Of a stretch of DNA of 64,000 nt, positions 49,946 to 57,951 are shown piece after piece. How positions within the stretch are numbered: the stretch's first letter is position 1; the number at the start of each line of letters is the position of its first letter. Made by a program: the position numbers and the translations under genes. The notes under the pieces are model-generated. The model saw only the letters and a program-made list of their open reading frames with translations, was not told the DNA's origin and did no database searches. Origin of the DNA: Candidatus Hydrogenedentota bacterium (lineage in GTDB: Bacteria > Hydrogenedentota > Hydrogenedentia > Hydrogenedentales > SLHB01); contig CAVUWV010000026.1 of NCBI GenBank assembly GCA_963745075.1, positions 16,023 through 80,022 on the forward strand, in the 5' to 3' direction.

Positions 49946-50713
49946 TCACATCACCAGTTCGCGATACCGCGCGAACAGTGAACCGGGCCGGGAATGGATT
50001 TGTGCTACGTCATCCGAGGCCGCGATGCGCGCCTCTCGAACCACACACATCCGGTTACACAGGGCCAGCACTTCATCCAGCTTGTGTGTGGCAATCAGCA
50101 GAGTCTTTTCGTGATATCGGTGTATGCGATCGATCAACAGTTTCGTAAGGTCCTCCGCGGCGACCGGGTCCAACGCCCGCGTCGGCTCGTCGAGAATGAG
50201 TACGTCAGGGTCGGCCAACAGCCCGCGGGCGATTGCCAGACGTTGCCGCATGCCCGATGAATAACCCGCAACCTGCTGGTCTGCGCTGTCTTCCAAACCG
50301 ACCAGGTTCAGCAATTCGCGAATCCGACCTTGCAGTACCGGTCCTCGCAAATTGTCCAGGACACCGAAGAACTCCAGGTTCTGCTTCGCCGTCAGGCGCC
50401 AATAAAAGCTGCGCTCCTCGTTCATGACGAACCCCACTGATTTCCGGGCCGCCGTGTTTTCGCGAGACGTATTCCGACCGTTGACGCGAACCGTCCCCTT
50501 TGTCGGTAGGATGAGTCCGCCAATCACCTTCAGCAGTGTGGTCTTCCCGGCTCCATTGGGACCTAAAAACGCCACCCGTTCTCCACGTTCTACGGTGAAC
50601 GTAACGTCTTCGATACCCGTGACGCGTCGCGGCGGCGTGAATGGATGCAACACGTACTCCCGATACCGCTTGGGCACGGGGTAACAGACTGTGACGTTTT
50701 CCAGTGCAATCAT
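49946..50713 (-). CDS. ABC exporter ATP-binding protein (RiPP cluster)
   Basis: GPNGAGKTT, YSSGMRQRLAIARGLL, ILDEPT, ATH. Confidence 0.93.
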   Translation of the reverse strand: MIALENVTVCYPVPKRYREYVLHPFTPPRRVTGIEDVTFTVERGERVAFLGPNGAGKTTLLKVIGGLILPTKGTVRVNGRNTSRENTAARKSVGFVMNEERSFYWRLTAKQNLEFFGVLDNLRGPVLQGRIRELLNLVGLEDSADQQVAGYSSGMRQRLAIARGLLADPDVLILDEPTRALDPVAAEDLTKLLIDRIHRYHEKTLLIATHKLDEVLALCNRMCVVREARIAASDDVAQIHSRPGSLFARYRELVM

Positions 50714-50749
50714 TGCCGCTCTGCGATCCTCACGTCGTTGGCGGTCCCA

Positions 50750-51988
50750 TCAGCGGAGACGACGGACGAGGGACGGACCATGCCGTATCGCCAACCGGGC
50801 AGGCCGGGAAATGTAGTGCAATGCCGAGAGAACCGCCGGCAGTCCGGGAAGCACGTATTTGTCGTTGAATTCGGGGGTCGCGATGGCACGCGTGTACCGC
50901 AGACGTTCCTCGATGGGCGACCACTCCCGGCCCCAATCGGCCCGGATCGATCGAAAGGCACGCACGAACTCGCGCCATTCCTGGAACCCGGGCAAACCAA
51001 ACCCTTTTCGACTCAACCGACCCAAAACCAGCCCCGCGTAGGCGAGCGCCTGAGGATACCGCGCCAGACGCGCGTGAACAACAGAGGGCATGGGTGCGTT
51101 CAGCAACACCGATGCCAGGTACACCCCTAGCAGGATCGCACGCTCTTCGTCGAGTCGCGCCGCCAACTCCAGCACTTTGTGCCAGTCCATCTCCGGATAG
51201 TTCGCCACGATGCGCGCGACATCGGCGAGAAGCTTCAGCTCGCCCCATCGGTGTTTAATATCGGCATGCAGAAAGGAGACAACTGCGGCGCACTCCGGGG
51301 ATAGCGTGAGCATTCTCGCACCAAAATGCTTTCCCGGTCGCACATGGTTCCAAACGAAGTTGGCAGACGCCGCGCCACCCATGACAGGCGGCATCAACCG
51401 CCAATGCAGTTCCAGTGATTGACCGTGAATCGGAGTGAAGAACACTTCTTCGCAGTCCCAGGCGCGTAACCGGCTTTCGCGGCCGCGGTCATGGCTGTCT
51501 TCCGGAGTGTAGCCGTTGTCCACCAGCAGTTTCCGGGCCCGGGCGACATCGCTCTCCACGACAAGCACGTCCAAATCCCAGATATGCCGATGGGAAATAT
51601 CGCCGTAGAGCAGCCGGGCCTGCACGGGACCTTTATAGGGTAACAACGGGATGGACGCCGCTTCGAATAATTTCGTCACTGCGACCAATTCGCTAACCAG
51701 CAACAAATTGCGCCGAACCACGGTCGCCTTCTCAACGCGAAGCTTCTCGACCACGTCGACTGGTACCAATCCAAGTCCAACCTGGTTCAAGCGCCAGTAC
51801 AGCAGGGATGGAATGGCGTGATGATTCGTACAATCCAGAACGTAGTCCCAATCCAAATCTAAGTCAAGGAGAATACGAATGCGCTCAACTCTGCCATCGG
51901 AATCGTCGACCCCGGCCGCGCAAAAAAGCAATTCAGCCTCCGGACGAATCGGCAGGCCCCCGGCTGTTGATGCCGCCTCAGCCATCAC
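50750..51988 (-). CDS. Nucleotidyltransferase family protein (NTP_transf_5-like; RiPP cluster)
   Basis: LPYKGP...LYGDISHRHIWDLDVLV, LELHWRL, LKLLADVA motifs. Confidence 0.85.
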   Translation of the reverse strand: MMAEAASTAGGLPIRPEAELLFCAAGVDDSDGRVERIRILLDLDLDWDYVLDCTNHHAIPSLLYWRLNQVGLGLVPVDVVEKLRVEKATVVRRNLLLVSELVAVTKLFEAASIPLLPYKGPVQARLLYGDISHRHIWDLDVLVVESDVARARKLLVDNGYTPEDSHDRGRESRLRAWDCEEVFFTPIHGQSLELHWRLMPPVMGGAASANFVWNHVRPGKHFGARMLTLSPECAAVVSFLHADIKHRWGELKLLADVARIVANYPEMDWHKVLELAARLDEERAILLGVYLASVLLNAPMPSVVHARLARYPQALAYAGLVLGRLSRKGFGLPGFQEWREFVRAFRSIRADWGREWSPIEERLRYTRAIATPEFNDKYVLPGLPAVLSALHYISRPARLAIRHGPSLVRRLR

Positions 51989-53064
51989 ATCTCGTCAACG
52001 GCCGATGCACGGACACCGCCGTTCGCCAGTGGTCCCTCGTCAAAGGCTCCCGCCCGCGCCGTGCCCTCGAGAAAGTGAAGATAGGCCTTCTTCTTCAGGG
52101 TCGTCAGAGCCGTGAGTTCCGGCGGCAAACCCCGGAATACGCGCTCGATGAGGGGTCGAGGATCAGCCGCGATACCGCCCGCAAACACAGCGACTGCCTT
52201 CGGAAACACGTCGTCGGCCCACTCCGGTTTGACGTGCAAGGCAGCGCGCAACATACGTTGTGCCGGTTCGATCTCGTTGAACGCGTACGCCCGGCACGCT
52301 GCAAGCAGATCGAAACGCGCCTCGATCGTTTCACGTTCCGCTCGAATTTCATCGGGAAGGTCGGTCCGAGCGAACCATTTGTTCGTCATGCGGGCCACGC
52401 CTTCCCGGTAGGCCGCTCCGCCAAGACTACCCATCGTGTTAAGATCGTGCAGCCGATAACACGAAACCACGTTCTCTATCCATGCCATTTTGCATCCCCC
52501 GAACACAAGGCGGACAAAAAAGTCCGTGTCTTCAAAAGGTTCGACTTCGCGATCGAACGGCACGTCGAGGTCCTCTACAACTGCGCGTTTGGACATCACC
52601 GCCGACAGGTTGAGTGCGCCAAAATTCTCCACACAGTCACGCCAATCAAGGTTGGGCGCCGTCTTCCAGGGGCGCGCATTTTGTATGGGCGAACCGCTAG
52701 AATCGACGTATTGAAAGCCGGAAGCCACCATGCCAATTTCAGGGTGTTCCTCCAGAAACACGACTTGAACGTCAATCCTCTCCGGGAGAAACAAGTCGTC
52801 GTCGTCCACAAAAACCACGTACCGTCCCGAGGATTCCTCGAAACCGAGGTTGCGTGCGGCGCTGCGACCGCTGTTGACTTGGTGGACGACACAAATGCGC
52901 GGATCGGTCAATGACGCAAGGTATGCGTCTGTGTCGTCGGTACTGCCATCGTTCACAACCACCACTTCCCAATCCTGGCACGTCTGGGCCAGAACACTCT
53001 GGATCGTCTCCTCGAGCAGCGAGCGCCGGTTGTACGTTGGGACGATGACACTTACAAGGTGCAT
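51985..53064 (-). CDS. Glycosyltransferase family 2 (RiPP cluster)
   Basis: VSVIVPTYNR, VVNDGSTD, GRSAARNLG, FVDDDD, EDTDF. Confidence 0.92.
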   Translation of the reverse strand: MHLVSVIVPTYNRRSLLEETIQSVLAQTCQDWEVVVVNDGSTDDTDAYLASLTDPRICVVHQVNSGRSAARNLGFEESSGRYVVFVDDDDLFLPERIDVQVVFLEEHPEIGMVASGFQYVDSSGSPIQNARPWKTAPNLDWRDCVENFGALNLSAVMSKRAVVEDLDVPFDREVEPFEDTDFFVRLVFGGCKMAWIENVVSCYRLHDLNTMGSLGGAAYREGVARMTNKWFARTDLPDEIRAERETIEARFDLLAACRAYAFNEIEPAQRMLRAALHVKPEWADDVFPKAVAVFAGGIAADPRPLIERVFRGLPPELTALTTLKKKAYLHFLEGTARAGAFDEGPLANGGVRASAVDEM

Positions 53065-54138
53065 GCCGATTCACTTTCTTGCCTCATGCCGCAGATGGAC
53101 AGTGCATGCCGCTGCAAGAACATGCGGTACGCTTCCTTCTTGCATAAGCGCAGGGACGCCAGGCTCTCCGGCAGATGGTCAAAAGCGTACTCGATGTAAG
53201 GACGTGGATCGCTGATGCGAAACCCAGCGCAGCGGACCAACGTTTTCAGTGTTGCCGCCGGTACCCACGCAGCATCCCATTCACAGGCCACGCTAAAATG
53301 CTCCCCGGCACGCTCCGTATCCTGCACCGTCAACGCTCGGCATGCGCACACGACATGGTAGTTCGCGTACACCCGCGGGCGGTCGTTCAGAACCTCGCCC
53401 GGTAGGTCCGGCAAAGCAAAAGCCTTGTCCAATGCTCGGCGATACGCCGTAGCAAGATCCGCACTTCCACCGGCGCGATCCGTCCCTCGGACTCGATAGA
53501 GGCTGACGAATTGCGGCTCAAGGGCTGCTTCCCCGGCCACGTACATCAAGCGCAAGAAAAAGTCACCGTCTTCCGCCAGGTCCATCGTCGGGTCGAACCA
53601 CTCGCTCATCTCGGCCAACAGGGCCCGGCGAAAAAGCACCGTACTCGTAATCATGTGGGGCCCGAACAAGGCACTGTGAAAGGTCAATCGATTGACGTTC
53701 GCGCCACGGCGCAAATTTCCCCAACTCCCGGCCCGCCTCATCCACGTACGTGGCGCCGCCGGTTACCACCGCACACTCCGGGTGGGCCCCCAAATAGGCC
53801 GTTTGCATCCCAAGCTTTTCAGGCAGGTATTCGTCATCGTCATCGAGAAACGCTACGAATTCACCGCGGGCTGACGCTAAACCCCGGTTTCGTGCCGCAC
53901 TTCGGCCGCTGTGCCGTTGACGAATGATCCGCACACGCAGGTCGTCCTGGCGCCACTCCTTTGCGCCGGCTTCGTCCGATCCATCGTCCACGACAATCAC
54001 TTCGAAATCGCCAAACGATTGCCGCAACACACTGTCGACCGCGGAAGCCAAGAATAGACTTCGATTGTACGTGGGAATAACAACGCTTACCGCCGGCCCC
54101 GTTTCGGTCTTGCCCGCCCTGTAACGTTGCCTACTCAT
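53052..54138 (-). CDS. Glycosyltransferase family 2 paralog, apparent frameshift at ~53665 (RiPP cluster)
   Basis: VSVVIPTYNR, VVDDGSD and FLDDDD in one frame; EDGDFFLRL and a C-terminus paralogous to the next gene in another frame; ATGA overlap with the kinase stop. Confidence 0.85.
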
Positions 54139-55100
54139 ACCGCTGCGGGAAGGTCCGCCTCCACCAGATCCACTAACCGCGATAAGTCGCCCAACGATGC
54201 GCTCCGTGTCAGGGTGCGAACCGGCACGCACTTCGCCAATTCGCCAGACTGACGGAAGCACTCGCCCAACCGCCGATCCTTGAGGAATCCCCATCCGAAC
54301 TTCGACAAGTCCCAATGGGGCATGAGGGCCAGTTGCGCCTGCTTCGCATCGAGCGGCGTGATTCCCGGTTTGGACGCCGTTTCCAGGATATACATCCGTT
54401 CGAGCGGAGCTGGATCTTCGCGGAAGCGGCGTGCTACTCCACAAGACCGTTTGTCTGTATCGTCCCGGATTCGTGGAAGCGCTTCGATAGCGACGTTCAG
54501 GGCTTGAGCGGAATCCGGCCACAACTTAAACCGCGGAAAGCCGGGCAGGGCCAGAGGCCTACGGGTGGTCAAATCGAGGACCAAGACGTCGTCTGACAGC
54601 AGCGTGTGGCCCCTTCCATGCAACGCGGCGGCAATGGTGGTTTTACCGGCATGGGGATGACCGAGAAAGGCTGCCGCCATGCCGTCCACGCATACAACGC
54701 TGCCGTGAAACACCCAAAGGCCGCGCTGATGCAGCGCAATATTCAGGGCGGCGCCGAGGATGAAAAGGCGAAGGGTGGATGGTTTCATACTCGGATGCGG
54801 GTCCAGAACGATCTCTCGCCCCCCGCGAAACAAGAATCGGCCTTCGCCCGGCGAGTACAGCGTCATCTCGCCATTGCTATCCTGATACGTGCAGCACCAG
54901 TCTTTCTCGTTCGGCAGGGGGGGCAGGGGCCGGATTTTGAGGACCAGGTCCGCGCAAACCCCTTGGCCCTCTGGACGGACACGTAACTCGGGCAGTTGAA
55001 CTTCTGAATCCAGCTCAACTCCATATGCATCATAGTGAAAAATTCCCGAACCTTGGGTATCGGGCATTTCATCCACTGCGCTAAATCGATCTAAACTCAC
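54135..55100 (-). CDS. HPr-kinase-like P-loop kinase (lasso-cluster-type kinase)
   Basis: YDAYGVELDSE, LHQRGLWVFHGS, GHPHAGKTT Walker A, LLSDDV, KLWPDS. Confidence 0.85.
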   Translation of the reverse strand: MSLDRFSAVDEMPDTQGSGIFHYDAYGVELDSEVQLPELRVRPEGQGVCADLVLKIRPLPPLPNEKDWCCTYQDSNGEMTLYSPGEGRFLFRGGREIVLDPHPSMKPSTLRLFILGAALNIALHQRGLWVFHGSVVCVDGMAAAFLGHPHAGKTTIAAALHGRGHTLLSDDVLVLDLTTRRPLALPGFPRFKLWPDSAQALNVAIEALPRIRDDTDKRSCGVARRFREDPAPLERMYILETASKPGITPLDAKQAQLALMPHWDLSKFGWGFLKDRRLGECFRQSGELAKCVPVRTLTRSASLGDLSRLVDLVEADLPAAV

Positions 55101-55479
55101 GTGGTCGCTACTCTTGATACCAACGATTGCCGCGAAATACCGAGCAAAAACCCAAGGCCATTTTGACCGAGGCCGGCAATACCCCTTCTTTCGACGTTTT
55201 CTACATTCAAGTCAACATGTGCGTGAAACAAAACGACACTTGGAGCTTCACCACCCCGACGCCCCCCCGCATGTTGAGAATCTCTTCTCGGTACGTGTTC
55301 TTCACCTCCCAGGTGCAACGCCCGCTACGGCAAGGATGATCGGTCGCGGAAATATGATTTCGTAAGTCGAATTGACCTGAGCCCCGACTTCAACCGGACT
55401 CAATCGACATACTGCGTTGGACCCGGTCAGCCTTCAACTGCTTATACACCTACCGCTCCGAAGCAACAGTCCAAAAGGA

Positions 55480-55593
55480 TTAGGTAAACGGACTGAACGG
55501 CCGACCGTGGCCGTGTCGCCATTGAGTCAGGTTGCTGACACTACCTCGCACAACAAGAACCGGACGCACGTACGGTTTCTTGACTCCTGCCAT
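55480..55593 (-). CDS. RiPP precursor 2 (37 aa): MAGVKKPYVRPVLVVRGSVSNLTQ-WRHGHGRPFSPFT
   Basis: Read manually (below ORF-track cutoff); RBS GGAAGGAG; lasso-type leader YxxPxL-x3-G-x5-T; leader 18/24 identical to precursor 1. Confidence 0.85.
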   Translation of the reverse strand: MAGVKKPYVRPVLVVRGSVSNLTQWRHGHGRPFSPFT

Positions 55594-55694
55594 GGAATCG
55601 ACTCCTTCCCTGCGATTAGCAGACACGGCGGCGCGGACGCAATTACAGTCGAAAGGCCTTAAGCTCTCAATGCTCTGCAGATCAACTCCGCAGC

Positions 55695-55799
55695 TTACGG
55701 ACCAATCGGGCTCACTGCTGGTGGCATTTGTGTCAATTCACTGACGCTGCCACGCACTACGAGAATAGGTTGCTCGTACGGTTTTTTAGCTACAGCCAT
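55695..55799 (-). CDS. RiPP precursor 1 (34 aa): MAVAKKPYEQPILVVRGSVSELTQ-MPPAVSPIGP
   Basis: C-terminal end of track ORF 55695..56063; true start ATG 55799 after AAGGAGGTGA; lasso-type leader motif. Confidence 0.85.
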   Translation of the reverse strand: MAVAKKPYEQPILVVRGSVSELTQMPPAVSPIGP

Positions 55800-55861
55800 C
55801 AAATCACCTCCTTCCCTGCAATCCACACCCGCGCCGCCGCACGTCTGTTTGGAGACTGCAT

Positions 55862-56299
55862 CTATCGCCCCTGTCCGGGCGACGGAAATGGTACATATCG
55901 GTCCACCTGTGGTGAGCCACCCAAGATGATACTTCCTTCCTGCTCCAACCAAGCATGCGCTTCGAACTGTCCGCTTTCGTTGTGTCCCACGCCAATACGC
56001 AAAACCGATGAACTCCCCAATCGCCCCAACACCCACTTTGCCGCCAGCGCCTTCACCAGGCACGTCACCCCCGGTACGTAACGGCCGGCCTTCTCGACAG
56101 CCCAGACAACGTCACGCCCCGTCGCACTTGCGTCCCGCACCTGTCGCGCCTCGCGTTCACCCACTTCGATGCGCCGACGCCACAACCGAAAGGGCAACAC
56201 TCCCACGACGACCCTCGCGACACAGAGCGCCAACCACATCCGAAAAAAGAGCCGTCGACGGTCCCCTGAAAGCCTAACGAATTTCCGAAGTCGTTCCAT
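55862..56299 (-). CDS. Lasso-type leader peptidase (B2, transglutaminase-like)
   Basis: TCLVKALA...LRIGV...FEAHAWLE with catalytic Cys/His and a following acidic residue. Confidence 0.92.
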   Translation of the reverse strand: MERLRKFVRLSGDRRRLFFRMWLALCVARVVVGVLPFRLWRRRIEVGEREARQVRDASATGRDVVWAVEKAGRYVPGVTCLVKALAAKWVLGRLGSSSVLRIGVGHNESGQFEAHAWLEQEGSIILGGSPQVDRYVPFPSPGQGR

Positions 56300-56585
56300 C
56301 AGCGTATTTCACGAGGTCATGTTGGGCCAAATCCCGGAGCAGATCTTGCAAGTCCCGCTCGCAAGTTTCACGATCAACGTCGTACTCGTCCAGAATCACG
56401 TCCCGAACGTCCCCGAATCGTTGCGGCGTCTGCAGCAGTTTCCAGATGCGGGCGGCAACGGCGTCCATCTCGTAGTACTTCCCATCAGCCAGATTGAGAA
56501 TGACTTCCGCCCCTTCCAACTCACAGGAAACCTGCTCTTCGCTGGCCACGAGGACAGAGCCGTCGGCGATTTTGTCAAGATCCAA
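56274..56585 (-). CDS. PqqD-family RiPP recognition element (B1)
   Basis: VSCELEGAEVILNLADGKYYEMDAVAARIWKLL...EYDVDRETCERDLQDLL; RBS GGGGAGG. Confidence 0.93.
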   Translation of the reverse strand: MDLDKIADGSVLVASEEQVSCELEGAEVILNLADGKYYEMDAVAARIWKLLQTPQRFGDVRDVILDEYDVDRETCERDLQDLLRDLAQHDLVKYADGTTSEIR

Positions 56586-57024
56586 TTATCCTCCCCCTAA
56601 AATCATGGACCGGCCCCTTCCCCAAGTCCCGGAATAGCAGCAATATTCATACCGACCGTATTACCTAAGTCGAGCACTCACCCATACAACATCCAAAGCA
56701 CTGATTATAGGTCACTTAGAGACATAAGCCTCCACCTGAAATACCAAATTCCCGAGGACCGCGAATATTTCCGTGAATACTGATTGGTCGTGGCTGACAA
56801 ATATGTGATCAAGCGAACACCGCATATGAGCCGCACGAAACCCTGCCACGACCGGACTCGTAACGCGGCATCAAAGGCCAACGACAAATCCTCGTTGGAC
56901 ATGATATTCCAACTTCTCACAGCAATCCCGCGCTGGAATTCTGAATTCCGACGAACTCGTCCGGCTAGCGCGAACATTCTAATTCCTGTCAAGCACTTCT
57001 GAGGACGATGATTGTCGGACCGTG

Positions 57025-57555
57025 GCCACTCGTCCTAAAAAGACTTCCCGCCACCCAGTCGTAGAATCCTGACACGGAGGGATTGTAACGATCGCTGATG
57101 CTGGATCCGAAGCCGAGGCCCTCGTTGTATCAGCCGCCGCTCACGCTAGCCGACACACCGGGTGTCGCGTTGAAGAGACCCGCTAAGAACCCACCATCGC
57201 TGGAGTACTCATGCTCCAGGCCAACCACCAGGTTATACGAGCCCCAACGACCATACACGACGGTAGAGGGCCGTTAGTTGTAGCCGGTAATGGAGTTCCC
57301 GCGCCCCGAGAGCCCCGTGCTGTCTTCCGTATCGCCGCTGCCGCTGCGAATGTGGACATTACAGCCCTCAATAATGAGATGCGGTCCGTTCACTCCGTTA
57401 ATAAAACCTTCATGGACGCTAACATTGGCAAGTTTGGCTTCGAGCGCTTGGACTCGACGCTCCAAGATCATCTGTGGGGAACCAAAGAACGTGCCCTTCG
57501 AGAGGGCAAGCATGACAACAGCAAATATGGTGAATTTGCGCGCGAGGTGAGTCAT
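57025..57555 (-). pseudogene. Decayed exported protein with G/N/S-rich (SVSGG..N) repeats
   Basis: Frame reads on through TAA (57274) and TGA (57130): GNSITGYN*RP..GSYNLVVGLEHEYSSDGGFLAG..SASVSGG*YNE..GFYDWVAGSLF. Confidence 0.6.
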
Positions 57556-57752
57556 GGTGGTTCTCTCATGGCTGGGCGGGACCACCCCGTCAAAATCAAG
57601 AGCGGTCTTGCCTGTTATCTGAGGTTCGACCTTTGAATGGATGGAGCAGGTCCGTTATAGAGTGGGATCACAAATTCCGAAACCCTTGCCGCTTCAAAAA
57701 TGGTATTCAACCGCAACCTTGGGCCTGACGGAATTACGGTGGAATTACAAGC

Positions 57753-57789
57753 AAAAAGGGCCTACAGGCGTACTACCTGTAAGCCCTTT
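57753..57789 (-). terminator. Intrinsic terminator after tRNA-Ala
   Basis: Minus strand AAAGGGCTTACAGG-loop-CCTGTAGGCCCTTTTT. Confidence 0.7.
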
Positions 57790-57797
57790 ATTATCAA

Positions 57798-57873
57798 TGG
57801 TGGAGCTGAACGGGATCGAACCGTCGACCTCTGCATTGCGAACGCAGCGCTCTCCCAGCTGAGCTACAGCCCC
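57798..57873 (-). tRNA. tRNA-Ala (anticodon CGC)
   Basis: GGGGCTGTAGCTCAGCTGGGAGAGCGCTGCGTTCGCAATGCAGAGGTCGACGGTTCGATCCCGTTCAGCTCCACCA; 76 nt, G3:U70 pair, encoded CCA. Confidence 0.97.
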
Positions 57874-57904
57874 ACAGAAAAACCGTGGTCGGTGATTGAA
57901 GCGG

Positions 57905-57934
57905 AGTGTACCAAAGGGCTTGGCGACATTTCAA
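57905..57934 (-). promoter_or_regulatory. Likely tRNA promoter
   Basis: TTGAAA-N18-TACACT with extended -10 TG. Confidence 0.55.
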
Positions 57935-57951
57935 TGGGCCTTACGCCCTGG

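Noticed and set aside
55100..55480. Third precursor in the gap before the kinase
   Set aside because: No KKPY/YxxP leader with an RBS was found on manual reading.
55695..56063. 122-aa track ORF as the precursor
   Set aside because: It overlaps B2 out of frame; the strong RBS and paralogy with precursor 2 place the start at 55799.
49130..56585. Calling the cluster a conventional lasso peptide BGC
   Set aside because: No cyclase lies within the bounded cluster and neither core has Asp/Glu.
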